From Rebecca billardiae RCC1528 (lineage: Eukaryota; Protista; Haptophyta), in NCBI GenBank assembly GCA_965240325.2, contig OZ251254.1:62001-126000 (forward strand): a DNA stretch of 64,000 nucleotides. The letters run 5' to 3'. The notes under the pieces are model-generated. The model was not told where the DNA came from. It did not search any database and was given only the letters and a program-made list of their open reading frames with translations. Of this stretch, positions 23,103-33,171 are shown piece after piece. The stretch's first letter is position 1. Each line of letters begins with the position of its first letter. A program made the translations under genes and the position numbers.

Positions 23103-25641
23103 TATCGCTGCCGCCATCGCCGCCGCCATCGCCGCCGCCATCGCCGCCGCCATCGCCGCCGCCATCGCCGCCGCCATCGCCGCCGCCAGTGCCGACGCCG
23201 CCGCCGCCGCCACCGCCGCCCGCGCCTCCGCCAGCCCCGCCGCCCCCGCCTCCGCCAGCCCCGCCGCCCCCGCCTCCGCACCCGAAGTCAATGTCCGCGT
23301 CCCGCCCTCCGCTCTCGCGCGCCCAGCCCTCCACGGAGCGCAGCGCCGCCGAGCCGTGCAGCGGACACCCGCGCGGCGCGCGCCACGCCGCGTCCGCACG
23401 CTCAAGCAGCGGCAGCAGCGGCGCCGGCAGCGGGCCCGGCTCCGCGGCCGCGGCCACGGCCGCGGCGCACGCGGCGTAGACGCGCGGCGCGGTCTCGCCG
23501 GCCGTGCCGCCGCCGCCGCCGCCGCCTCCGCGCCGGCGGAACAGCGCCAGTGCCGCGCCGCTGCGGTGGACGTGCGAGCGCGCCGCGCCGCCGCCGAGCG
23601 GCGCGATCGGAGCAGCCGCGTGCAGCCCAGCCAGGCGCAGCGGCGGCGGCGGTGGCGGCGGCGGCGGCGCGGCGGCGGCGGGCTCGGTGGTGGCGCCGGG
23701 TGGCGGCGGCGCCGGGCGGGTTGCGCTGCCCGCGCGCGCCACGCCCGCCGCCATCAGCGCGGACGCGGCGTCGACGCCGGGCGCGCCGTAATACGGCCCG
23801 CTGCCGTGCCACCCGCCGTGCGGCGCCGCGCGATCGCACGCGCCGAGCAGCAGCGCAAAGCGCCCCGCCCGCAGCGCGGGCGCGGCGGCCGCGAGGGCGT
23901 GCGTCGCGTCGCGGGCCGCGAGCGACGCCGAGCTCGCGCAGAGGGCGACGCGCGCGCCGCTCACGCAGAGCCCCGCCGAGTCGGGCGCGACGAGCGCGCC
24001 CGCCTCGCCGCCCCAGCCAGTGGCCGCCTCCGCCTCCGCCTCCGCCTCCGCCTCCGCCTCCGCCTCCGCCTCCGCCTCCGCCTCCGCCTCCGTCGCCGCC
24101 GCCGCTTGCCGCGCGGCGGCGTCGGCGGCGTCGGCGCCCGAGCCACCTGCGGCGGCGGCGGCGGCGCCGCCGCGCGGCGCCGCGCCGTCGGCCGCGCCGC
24201 CCCACGCGCCCTCGCCGCCGCCGGCCGGCTGCGCGCCCTCGCCGCCGCCGGCCGGCTGCGCGCCCTCGCCGCCGCCGGCCGGCTGCGCGCCGCGCGTGCG
24301 CAGGAGGCAGAGTGGTGCCCACGGCGCGTGCTCCGAGCCCGCGCCGGCCGGCGGCGCGTCCGCGCGCGCGCGCCGCGGTGGCAGCTGCGCGCCCCAGCGC
24401 AGCTGGCCCTGCGCCGCGCCGCTGCCGTCGTCCACAATCGCCAACTCGGAAAACGGCACCGCGATCTCGGCGCGCGAGATTGCGGCACCCGCGAGCAAAT
24501 CGGCGGCGGCGCCGCCGCCGCCGCCCTCGTCCGCGCCGCCGCCGCCGCCGAGCGCCACCGCGGGGATGCCCAGGTGGGTGAGCCGCGCGGCGCGCGGCGC
24601 GCCGCCCGGCCCCGCGCGCGCCTCGCCCTCGTCGAACCGAAAGTGCGCCTGCGCCTCGAGCAGTCCGGTGGGCGCGAGTCCGGACCCCAGAAGCACGGTG
24701 TCGACCGCGATGTCGCCGCTCAGCGCGACGCCCGCCACGCCCGCGCGCAGCGGACCGCCGCACCCGCCGGCGGCGGCGCCGCCCCACACCGTGGCGGCCA
24801 CGCGCGGCAGGCCGCCCGGGCCGGGGCTAGGGCCCGGGCCGGGGCTAGGGCTCGGGCTCGGGGCGAACGGCTCGGCGTCGAGGCCGCCGCCGAGCGCGCG
24901 CGGCCGCCGCCCGTCGGCGTACGCCACCGCGCCGAGCGTGGAAGAGTCCGGGAACGCGGCGTCCAGCCGGCGGAGCAGAGGCTCCACGTCGAAGCACGGC
25001 GTGGCGAAGAGCAGGAAGACCGGCGGCGCCGCGCCCGCCGCGAGCAGCTCCGGCATGCAGCGCAAGTCCGGGAGAAGTCCCGTGCGCTGCAGGCTGAAGA
25101 GCTCGACCTGGACGCGCGGCAGCCATGCTGCGACGACCGAGAGGGCGCGCTCGCCCGCCGCCGTCTCGCACTCGGCCGGGTCGAAGCGGTGGGCGTCACC
25201 GCCGGCACCGACGCCACCGACGCCACTGCCGGCACTGCCGTAAGCGCCGTCACCGCCGTCACCGACGCCGCCGCCTTTGGCCGCGCGCTCGCCGCCGCCG
25301 CCGCCGCCGCCGCGCGCCGGCGGCGCGGGGCGCAGCAGCGAGTACGCGGAGCAGCCGAGCGTGACGTGCGGCAGGCGCGGGTCGTGCGCGCCCAGCGCCG
25401 CGAGCACCTCGCCCGCCGCGTGCCCGCGCGTCCACACGAGCAGCAGGTCGGCGCCGCGCGCTCCGACCGACTCGACGCATTCGCCGACGGCGGCGGCGGT
25501 GGAGTCGGCGGTGGAGAGCGCGGCGGCGAAGCGCAGCTCGGCGTCGGGCGCGTCCGTGCGCGCGGAGGGGGTGGACGAGAAGGGCCGGCGCGCCGCGCGT
25601 GCGGCGCTCCACACGCGGCGCGCGCACGACTGGAGCGCCAT
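22063..25641 (-). CDS. FIST_N/FIST_C domain protein with C-terminal LON substrate-binding (Lon N-terminal-like) domain
   Basis: FIST_N: RFAAALST, TLGCSA, ERALSVVAAWLP, LLRRLDAAFP...GAVA, GVAGVALSG. FIST_C-like: FALLLGACDR...LAGLHAAAPIAP. LON-like: LMPRGDTRTYSLRSPAERLLARRC, LAGAERF, LLRTQHAAERLEYVRELL. The N-terminus resembles a mitochondrial presequence. Confidence 0.72.
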
Positions 25642-25756
25642 CGCCGCCGAGCGGGCTCGCGGGCGCGGCGTGAAGGGAGGGCCGCGCCTTCTGCGGCCAG
25701 CTGTCCGGCTGGGCCGTCTGAAAAAAGACCGAAAGACCGAAAGAGCTGCGAACTTT

Positions 25757-26918
25757 CAGGGACCGTCGCTCGCACTTTCCGCGGCTGCGAGTAGAGTGAA
25801 CTCGCACTCGCACTTTTGAGGGGACTTTGCGAGTGCACTGCGAGTTGAACTCGCAGGCCCCACTGGGCGGAATGGGTGGCTGCGAGTGCGAGTGCGAGTA
25901 AAGTGCGAGTCCCAACTCGCAAAGTGCGAGTCCCAACTCGCAACGTGTCCGGGGGCGCAGCCCCCGGACACGCCCAGCGGGGGGTCCGGGCGGCCTGAGG
26001 CGAAGAAAATTTTTGGCCCTATTTGGCCCTATTAGAGCATGCCTTACACCCGACCCGCCGCCCTGACCACCCTGCCACCGCGCCTGCGTCGCCAGCTGTT
26101 TGTCGGCGCGCGACACCTTCTTGAAGCCCGCAGCGAGGAGGCCCGATTGCTTGAGCTGCTTCTCGACGGGCATACTCACCGACATGCCCACCTGCTGCAT
26201 GGTCCGCTTCGCCCCCAGCGCTGCCTCGTCCGCCTTGATGGAGGCCTTCTTGCTGTACTCGGTCAGCGGGTGCATCGTCTTCAGGTGGTTGCCCGCGTTT
26301 GTGATCGTGAAGACCGACTTGCCCCCCTTCGAGCGCACCTTGTCGAGGGGGAGCGTGAAGCGCTGGCCGCATCCCGGCATGACGCACACGTGCGTGTACA
26401 GCTTCGGGTTGCTCGACTGACTGCCCACCTGAACGTACGAGAAGTCGGTCGGCGCCGCTTGCGAGATGGGGTGGACGTGCGTCCACAAGAGCGAGACACC
26501 TTTGCCGTTGGGGGGCAGATCGAGCCAGGCCGGGTCGATCACCCCGCGCTGGTTCGACAGCGACCAGACGGTGATCTCGGCAGCCGGCGCCGACGCAGGC
26601 GCCGAAGCGACCGGCGCCGCCGATGAGCTCGCCATTTGCCGCCCTGGGCTGGGCGGGGGGCAGCGAGGCTTTGACGCTTTGTGACTCGCCTGCCGTGCAG
26701 GCGGTCACGAGGCCGCCCAGGGACTCGCACTTCTGCTCGCGCCAACTCGCATGCTCGCGCTAGACCGCACCTTGCGAGTACCTTTGCGAGTTGACTCGCA
26801 AGCCCGCTGGGCCGGATCGGCGCCTTGCGAGCGCGAGTGCGAGTGCCCTGCTCGCACTCGCGCTCGCGCCCTGCTCGCACTCGCACCGCGAGTGCCTCGC
26901 TGCGAGCACCAGCCCCTG
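25757..26918 (-). mobile_element. Non-autonomous hAT DNA transposon (1162 bp)
   Basis: The left end CAGGGACCGTCGCTCGCA and the reverse complement of the right end CAGGGGCTGGTGCTCGCA match at 14/18. A perfect 8-bp TSD CGAACTTT sits at 25749-25756 and 26919-26926. TGCGAG/CTCGCA subterminal repeats are dense at both ends. Confidence 0.92.
26075..26635 (-). pseudogene. Truncated hAT transposase N-terminus (BED-type zinc finger)
   Basis: LLWTHV...VCVMPGC...TITNAGNHLKTMH fits the BED finger pattern. No DDE or dimerisation domain follows, and the frame reads on into the subterminal repeats. Confidence 0.7.
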
Positions 26919-26970
26919 CGAACTTTGCAGACCGGCGCGACCGGTCCGTCTCGCGCGGCCGCGTCTGGTC

Positions 26971-29900
26971 ATGGCGTCGCCGCCCTCGCCGATGCACGTC
27001 GCGGTGCGCATCCGGCCGGCGCAGCCGCACGACCCGCCCGGCGACGAGGCGCCCGCGTTCGCACTCGAGAGCGACCACGCCGTGCGCACGCGCGCCGGCG
27101 AGCGCGTCGCCGTCGACGCCGCCCTCGGCCCGGACGCGTCGCAGGCGCGCGTGTTTGAGCTGTCTGCGCGGCCGCTCGCCGACGCGGTCGTGGACGGCGT
27201 GGACGCGTGCCTCTTCGCGTTCGGGCCGACGGGCTCGGGCAAGACATACTCGATGCTCGGCCCCGACGACCACGCCCTCCTCGCCGACGCCTCCGCGCAC
27301 GCCGGCGTGCTGCCGCGCGCCGCCGCTCACGTGTTCAAACGGATCGCGCAAGTCGAGGCAGAGCACCGCGCGGCGGCGGCGGCGGCGGCGGGTGGCGGCG
27401 GCGGCGCGCAGGCGGGGCGGTGCGCGGCGGGGGCCGAGGCCGCCGTGCCGTGGTTCGAGGTGCACGCCTCGTACGTCGAGGTGCACTGCGGCCGAGTGTA
27501 CGACCTGCTCGCACCGGCAAGGGCGGCGGCTGGTGAGCCTGGCTGGTACGCACCCAGCCGCCTCGGCTCCTCCCGGACTCCTGGCCTCCTCCGGAGCCGC
27601 CTGGGCTCCCGGACTCCTGGCCCCCTCCGGCCGCCATGTGGTGAGCCCGCTGCGTCCAGCCATGCCGACAACAAGAGGCATCATCATCATCGCCACTCTG
27701 ATGATGTCGAAACACAACAGCATGCGACCCTCCCGCCGACGGCGGGCGCGGCGGAGGCGGCGCCAGCGGCGGCCGCGGACGACCAGGACGCGCGCGTCCT
27801 GGAGCCTGGGCGGCTCACGGGTGCGTCCAAGCCACCCGTGAGCCCCGCCGCCGCGCCGCCGCCGCGCACGTCGCTCCGGCTCAAGGCCGAAGGCCCGTCC
27901 GGCCGCGTGGTGCCTGCCGGCGCGCGCGTGGAGCGCGTGCGCTCGGCGCGCGAGCTGGTGCGCCTGGTGCGCCTCGGCTCGCGCGCGCGCGCCACCGCGC
28001 CCACGGGCGTGCACGCGCACTCGAGCCGCTCGCACGCGCTACTCACCCTGCGGGTGGAGAGGCGGTGGCGCGAGGCACGGGCGGGGCCGGGCGCGCGCGC
28101 CGACGGCGGCGCCGCGCAGCCGGGCATGAGCCCGAGCGCCGCCGACGCGGAGCGCGCCGGGGTCGCAGCAGACTCGGGCGCGCGCGCGCGCGTCACCACG
28201 CTCACTTTGTGTGATCTAGCCGGCTCGGAAGGGATGGAGCGCGCGCACGCGGGGCGCGCGGACGGCGCGGGCGCCGCGACGAACGTGGACCTGCTCTGGC
28301 TCGGTCGCGTGCTCGCGGCGCGCGCGCGCGGCGAGCCCGCCGCGCGCGTGCCCTTCCGCGCGCGCGCGCTCACGCAGCTGCTGCGCGCCGGGCTGGGCGG
28401 CGGCGCGCGCGCGGCCGCGCTCGTGTGCGTGTCGCCCGCGCGCGCGGACGAGGGCGCGGGCGCGCGCGCGCTCGCGTTTGCCGGCACGGCGCGCGCGGTG
28501 CAGCTGCGCCCGCGCATGCAGCCCGCCGCGCCGCCGGCGGCGCCGTGGGAGGCGCCCGACCCGCTCGCCGCCGACACCGAGGACCGAGATTGCAATCTCG
28601 GCCGGCGCGCCCTCTGGCTGCACACGCCGGGCGTGGGCGGGGGTGTGCTCTTCGCGCGCGCCGTCGGGCCGCCCGACGGTCTGCTGGTGCTGCTCGTGCA
28701 CGGCTCGGGCGCGCGCAACTCGTCGGCGGTGTGGACCGAGCTCTGCGTCGAGCTGCACGACCGCGCCCTCGCCGCCGCGGGCGCCGGCGGCGGCAGCGCG
28801 GCGGCGGCGCCCTTCCCTCCGCTGCCGAACGCCGGACTGTCCGGACTGTCCGCCCGGACTCAACGCTGGCCGGTGGCGCCCTTCCCTCCGCTGCTGCTCG
28901 TCGCCATCGACTGCCCCGGCTACGGCCGCTCGCCGGGCGACAGGCAGACGGTGCGCTCAGAGCCCGCCGCGCTGCTCAGCGCGGCGGTGCGCGCGCTCGG
29001 GCGCAGGGAGGCGCTGGCGCTCGTGGGCTCGAGCCAGGGCGCGGCCGCCGTCTTCAACGCCGCCGTGGACGCGCCGGCGCTGTGCGCCGCGCTCGGCGCG
29101 TGCCACCCGGTGCTCCACGCGCCGCTGGCGCGGCTGAGCGCCGTGCGCGCGCCGTGCGTGCTCGCGTTCGACGTGGACGACGACGGCCACCCTGTGGGCG
29201 TGGGCCGGCGCGCCGCGGCGCTGCTGGGGCGGCGCGCGCGGCTGCTCGAGTTCTCCTCGGCCGGCCTCGCGCCCGGCGGCGGCGGCGGCGCGGCCGCGTG
29301 GCTGCGCATGCATTTTGGCGCCGAGCTCTTCAGCACGCTGCGCGCCGCGCTGCGCGCCGCCGCGCGCCGCGGCAGGCCGCCCCCCGGCGCGGTCGCCGAG
29401 GGCCTTCCGCAGCTCGCCTCGCTCGCGGGTGGCGTGCGCGCGTGGGCCGGCTGCCGCGGCGCGGAGGTGGGCGCGTGGTACGCCGAAGCCGACGAAGCGC
29501 CGCCGCCGCCGCCGACGTTTGCGCGCGTGCCGCCGGGCGCGGCGTGGGAGGTGGTGGGCGAGGGCGCGCGCGGCGCCGGAGTCCGGCGGCTGCTGTACGT
29601 GCACCCGGAGTCTGGGACAATCTCGGAGCGGCGGCCGGACGCGCCGGTGGTGCGCGCGCGCGCCGGCACGGCGGCGCAGCCGGCGGAGGCGCAGCGGCGT
29701 TCCGGCGGCATCGGCGCGGTCGAGCAGGCGGACGCGAGGCGTGGGCACGGGCGCGCGCGCCGCGCCGAGCGGCGCGCCGCCCGGCCGAGCGCTGGGGGCA
29801 CGCCCGCTGGCGACGAGCCGGCCCCCGCCGAGTCTGCTGCGTTCATCTCCCAGCGTCATCTCTCGGAGACGGAAGCAAACAACTCGTCGTCGCCGGGAGA

Positions 29901-31329
29901 TTCGTCGGCAGATTCGTCGGGAGATTCGTCGGGCGCGGAGGAGTCGGAGGAGGAGGAGGAGGAGGAGGAGGCGGCGGCTGCGGCCGAGGCGGCGTCGGCG
30001 CGTCGCGCGCGGCTGGGTGCCGAGGCGTCCCAGCGGGGTTGCGAGCGGTGCGCACGGCCGCTCGCGCAGCCGTGGCGGCTGCCGCGCTGCCGCTGCCTCC
30101 TCTGCGCCGGCTGCGCCGAGGCCACCGTCGCCTTTGCCGCGCGCTGCCCGCTGTGCGCAACGGCCGCACCCGAGGGCCGCGCGCGCGCGCGCGCCGAGGC
30201 AGAGCCGACCGAGCGTGCGGCGGCCGCGGCCGCCGCGGCGGCCGCAGCCACGGCGGCGGCGACGGCGGCGGGAGAGGCGGCGGCGCCGCTTGCAGTGCCG
30301 GGCGCGGGGCCCGCGACCCCGCCCGGCCCACGCGCCGCGCCCGCGCCCGCGCCCGGCCGCGAAGAAGGGACCAAGGCCGAGTTCTCACGGTGGGCGGCCA
30401 TTTCTGGCGCGCTCTGTTTTGACTCTCCGCCCAGCCTGACGGCCGCACTCGCCGCGCAGCAGCAGCAGCGCGCGCGCGCGCACGCGGCGCGCGCGCTGCT
30501 GTGCGAGCGCGGCCCGTGTGTGCTCCTCGAGTACGGCAACGGCTGCGCGCCGGCGCGCGGCGGCGGCGGGCGCACTGCCTTTCGGACGGAGGTGCGCGTG
30601 CTGCGCGCGGCGCGCGTGCCCGGCGGCGGCGGCGGCGCGGCGGGCGCGCTGATCGCGCGCGTCGACTTTAACATCAACCCGGGCTACCCCAAGCCGACGG
30701 CGAGTGTGCTGCGCGCCGAGCAATCGCCCGACGGCGGCGGTGGCGGCGGCGGCCGCGGCGGCGGCCGCCGCGGCGGCGGCGGCGCGCCGCCAGGCTTTGC
30801 GTTTGAATACGCGATGGCGCGGCCGTTCCCGTGCGTGTGCACGGTGCACTGGCGCGCGGGCGTGCCGCTGCCGCCGCTGCAGATCAACTACACCGTGCGC
30901 GCGTGCGCGCCGGACGGCGCCGGCGCGCGCGGCCGCGTGCTCATCGCCCTCGCCACGTCGGCGCGCGCGGCCGCGCACGCGCGCGCGCTCGAGGCCGAGC
31001 CGGGCGTGCACATCCACCGCTGCTGCGCGGCGGCGGCGCTCGGCCAACGGCGCGGCCGCGCGGGCCCACCGCTCGTGTTCGCGGCGTCTGCCGTGAGCGC
31101 TACCGGGCCGGACCCTCCGGACGGGGTGGTGGTGGTCCTCCCTGCTGCTGCTGCTGAGCTGCCGCACAGCGATGCTCATCGCAGCATACTGCATAGCCAT
31201 AGGCACGACGACTACAAGTTGCCGCCGGTGGCGGGAGCGCGCCGCAGCCTTCGGACGACGACGAAGCAGCCGCTGCGGGATATGATCCGAATAGCTAATC
31301 CGAATGTCGTCGTGCGACGATATTATTAA
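26971..31329 (+). CDS. Kinesin motor fused to alpha/beta hydrolase, WW-like, RING and YEATS-like domains
   Basis: Kinesin: VAVRIRP, FGPTGSGKTYSM, SSRSHA, DLAGSE, VPFR..LTQLL. Hydrolase: LVHGSG, IDCPGYGRS, GSSQG. RING: CERC..C.C..C..C..CPLC. YEATS-like: LEYGN, IARVDFNINPGYPKP, PPGFAFE...PFPCVCTVHW. All lie in one frame. An in-frame intron near 27530-27720 is possible. Confidence 0.82.
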   Translation: MASPPSPMHVAVRIRPAQPHDPPGDEAPAFALESDHAVRTRAGERVAVDAALGPDASQARVFELSARPLADAVVDGVDACLFAFGPTGSGKTYSMLGPDDHALLADASAHAGVLPRAAAHVFKRIAQVEAEHRAAAAAAAGGGGGAQAGRCAAGAEAAVPWFEVHASYVEVHCGRVYDLLAPARAAAGEPGWYAPSRLGSSRTPGLLRSRLGSRTPGPLRPPCGEPAASSHADNKRHHHHRHSDDVETQQHATLPPTAGAAEAAPAAAADDQDARVLEPGRLTGASKPPVSPAAAPPPRTSLRLKAEGPSGRVVPAGARVERVRSARELVRLVRLGSRARATAPTGVHAHSSRSHALLTLRVERRWREARAGPGARADGGAAQPGMSPSAADAERAGVAADSGARARVTTLTLCDLAGSEGMERAHAGRADGAGAATNVDLLWLGRVLAARARGEPAARVPFRARALTQLLRAGLGGGARAAALVCVSPARADEGAGARALAFAGTARAVQLRPRMQPAAPPAAPWEAPDPLAADTEDRDCNLGRRALWLHTPGVGGGVLFARAVGPPDGLLVLLVHGSGARNSSAVWTELCVELHDRALAAAGAGGGSAAAAPFPPLPNAGLSGLSARTQRWPVAPFPPLLLVAIDCPGYGRSPGDRQTVRSEPAALLSAAVRALGRREALALVGSSQGAAAVFNAAVDAPALCAALGACHPVLHAPLARLSAVRAPCVLAFDVDDDGHPVGVGRRAAALLGRRARLLEFSSAGLAPGGGGGAAAWLRMHFGAELFSTLRAALRAAARRGRPPPGAVAEGLPQLASLAGGVRAWAGCRGAEVGAWYAEADEAPPPPPTFARVPPGAAWEVVGEGARGAGVRRLLYVHPESGTISERRPDAPVVRARAGTAAQPAEAQRRSGGIGAVEQADARRGHGRARRAERRAARPSAGGTPAGDEPAPAESAAFISQRHLSETEANNSSSPGDSSADSSGDSSGAEESEEEEEEEEAAAAAEAASARRARLGAEASQRGCERCARPLAQPWRLPRCRCLLCAGCAEATVAFAARCPLCATAAPEGRARARAEAEPTERAAAAAAAAAAATAAATAAGEAAAPLAVPGAGPATPPGPRAAPAPAPGREEGTKAEFSRWAAISGALCFDSPPSLTAALAAQQQQRARAHAARALLCERGPCVLLEYGNGCAPARGGGGRTAFRTEVRVLRAARVPGGGGGAAGALIARVDFNINPGYPKPTASVLRAEQSPDGGGGGGGRGGGRRGGGGAPPGFAFEYAMARPFPCVCTVHWRAGVPLPPLQINYTVRACAPDGAGARGRVLIALATSARAAAHARALEAEPGVHIHRCCAAAALGQRRGRAGPPLVFAASAVSATGPDPPDGVVVVLPAAAAELPHSDAHRSILHSHRHDDYKLPPVAGARRSLRTTTKQPLRDMIRIANPNVVVRRYY

Positions 31330-31826
31330 TGTCGCGCGGTCATGCATGCAGCATGATGGTCATGGATATGATCGTAGTATAGTAGTCAGCATATATGCCA
31401 TGGCCTTATGATACGGATCGAGACGATACCGCGCCGGGCGCGCGCGCACAGCGGCATATATGCGTTCGGGTCGCAGTAGTAGTCGTCTACTTAGCATACG
31501 ACATGGCAGCCGTGGCGCAGTCGTCTGTCTCGGACACATCTGAGCGCCATGCAGGCGGGAGTCTGAGGAGTCTGCGCATCACGGTGTTGCCGCGTGATCA
31601 TATTATCGATGATCGTCCGCGCTGCTGTCTGTGCCCGTAGTGTCGCCATCACTCGTGGTATGCCTCGTTATCAAACACATTATAAATACGACGCCCATTG
31701 GGGTAGGCAGACAGCAGCGTATGAGCAGAACATGCACAATGGCAATGAACAGCACAATTATTTCTGCGTGGCGGATGATTCTGACACTCAGTTCTCCGCG
31801 GCCCGGCGCACAGCAGCGATGGCCCG

Positions 31827-32174
31827 TCACTCCAATACCGCACTGCCATCAAGCTGGCCCTCGGCACGCACGGGCGCGCCTTCAAAAGCAGCAGGCGCAC
31901 CACGCTCGGCCGCCGCTCGCTCGAGGGGCGTCCTCGTCACGCCGCCATGGTCGCTCGCGGAGCCGCGCTCGCGAGCCAGCACTCCAGCAGGCGCGCGCGC
32001 CACGAGCCCGGGCGGTCCGGTGCCGACGGCGGCGGAGGGCTGTTCGTCCTCGTCGTACGGGAGGCCCATGTCGGCGAGGATTGCGTTGGAAAGGTCGTAG
32101 TCGCGCGCCGCCGCCGCGACCAGCCCCGCAAACTCGTCGCGCTCGGCGTCGACGGGCGCGTCGGAGGGGTCCAT
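31827..32174 (-). CDS. Small acidic hypothetical protein
   Basis: ATG-initiated ORF with protein-like composition (ERDEFAGLVAAAARDYDLSNAILADMGLPYDEDE), divergent from UPF3. No family recognised. Confidence 0.4.
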   Translation of the reverse strand: MDPSDAPVDAERDEFAGLVAAAARDYDLSNAILADMGLPYDEDEQPSAAVGTGPPGLVARAPAGVLARERGSASDHGGVTRTPLERAAAERGAPAAFEGAPVRAEGQLDGSAVLE

Positions 32175-32344
32175 GGCCGGCCGGGGTGGGTCAGCGGCTC
32201 GGTCGATGAAGCTGTGTGCCGCGCGCGCAATTCAGCGTGTCCGGGGCTGGCTCCACAGTCCGGCGCAGTCCACACACCACAGGTCCACAGCTCCGCAGCC
32301 GGACTCTCGGCGAGTCGCTCGGGCCGCAAGCAAGCCCTCGCAGG

Positions 32345-33100
32345 ATGGCGACGCCGCACTCGTCCGACCCGCCGCCGAGCGCGCCGCTCAAGCTCGTGCT
32401 GCGCAACCTGCCGCCGGAGCTCGACGGCGAGGCGCTCTCGCGCGCGCTGGCCGAGGCGAGCGCGCCCGCCCCGACGTGGCTGCGCCTCGACCCCGCCGCG
32501 CGCTGCGCGCAGCTCGCGGGCGGCGACGCGCGCGCGCGCGCCGACGCGGCCGCGGTCGCCTTCGTCGCGTTCGAGTCGGCGGAGGAGGCGCTGGCGTTCT
32601 CGCGCGCGGTGGACGGTCTGAGCCTCGCCGACGCCCGTGGCGGCGCGCGCCGCTGCGCTGTCGCCGCCGCGCCGCGCCAGATCGTGCCGCGCGCGCGGCC
32701 GCCCGCGCGCGCGCTCGCCGAGCCGGACTCTCGAGCCCCGGACTCTCGAGCCCCGGACGCGCATGCCCCGGACTCGAGCGCTCAGGGCGCGCTGCAGGGC
32801 GACAAGGACTTCTCGCGCTTCGCGGCCAAGTACGCGCGCGAGCAGCGCGCGCGCGCGGCGGAGGCCGAGCGCGGCGCCGAGCCCGCGGCCGCGAGCGGCG
32901 GCGCGGCGGAGCCGGCGCGCGGCGCGCCGCAGCCGCCGGCCGGCGGCGCGGCGGCGCTGACGCCGCTGCTGCTGCACATGCGGACGCTGCGGCAGCAGGC
33001 GCAGCAGGCGCAGCAGCCGGCGCAGCAGGGCTCGCTGCCGGCGCGTGGGCAGGGGCAGCCTACGCCGCGCGGGCAGCAGCCGGCGGCGCGCGGACAGCCG

Positions 33101-33171
<71 letters not shown>

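Noticed and set aside
22024-25794. 1256-aa plus-strand ORF, and similar Arg/Ala-rich long ORFs (431-2536, 31937-35509, 42696-46166)
   Set aside because: Shadow ORFs caused by extreme GC content, lying over or opposite genes with clear domain motifs.
25259-26074. C-terminal part of the 458-aa ORF as real transposase
   Set aside because: It reads through subterminal repeats and host flank and has no catalytic motifs.
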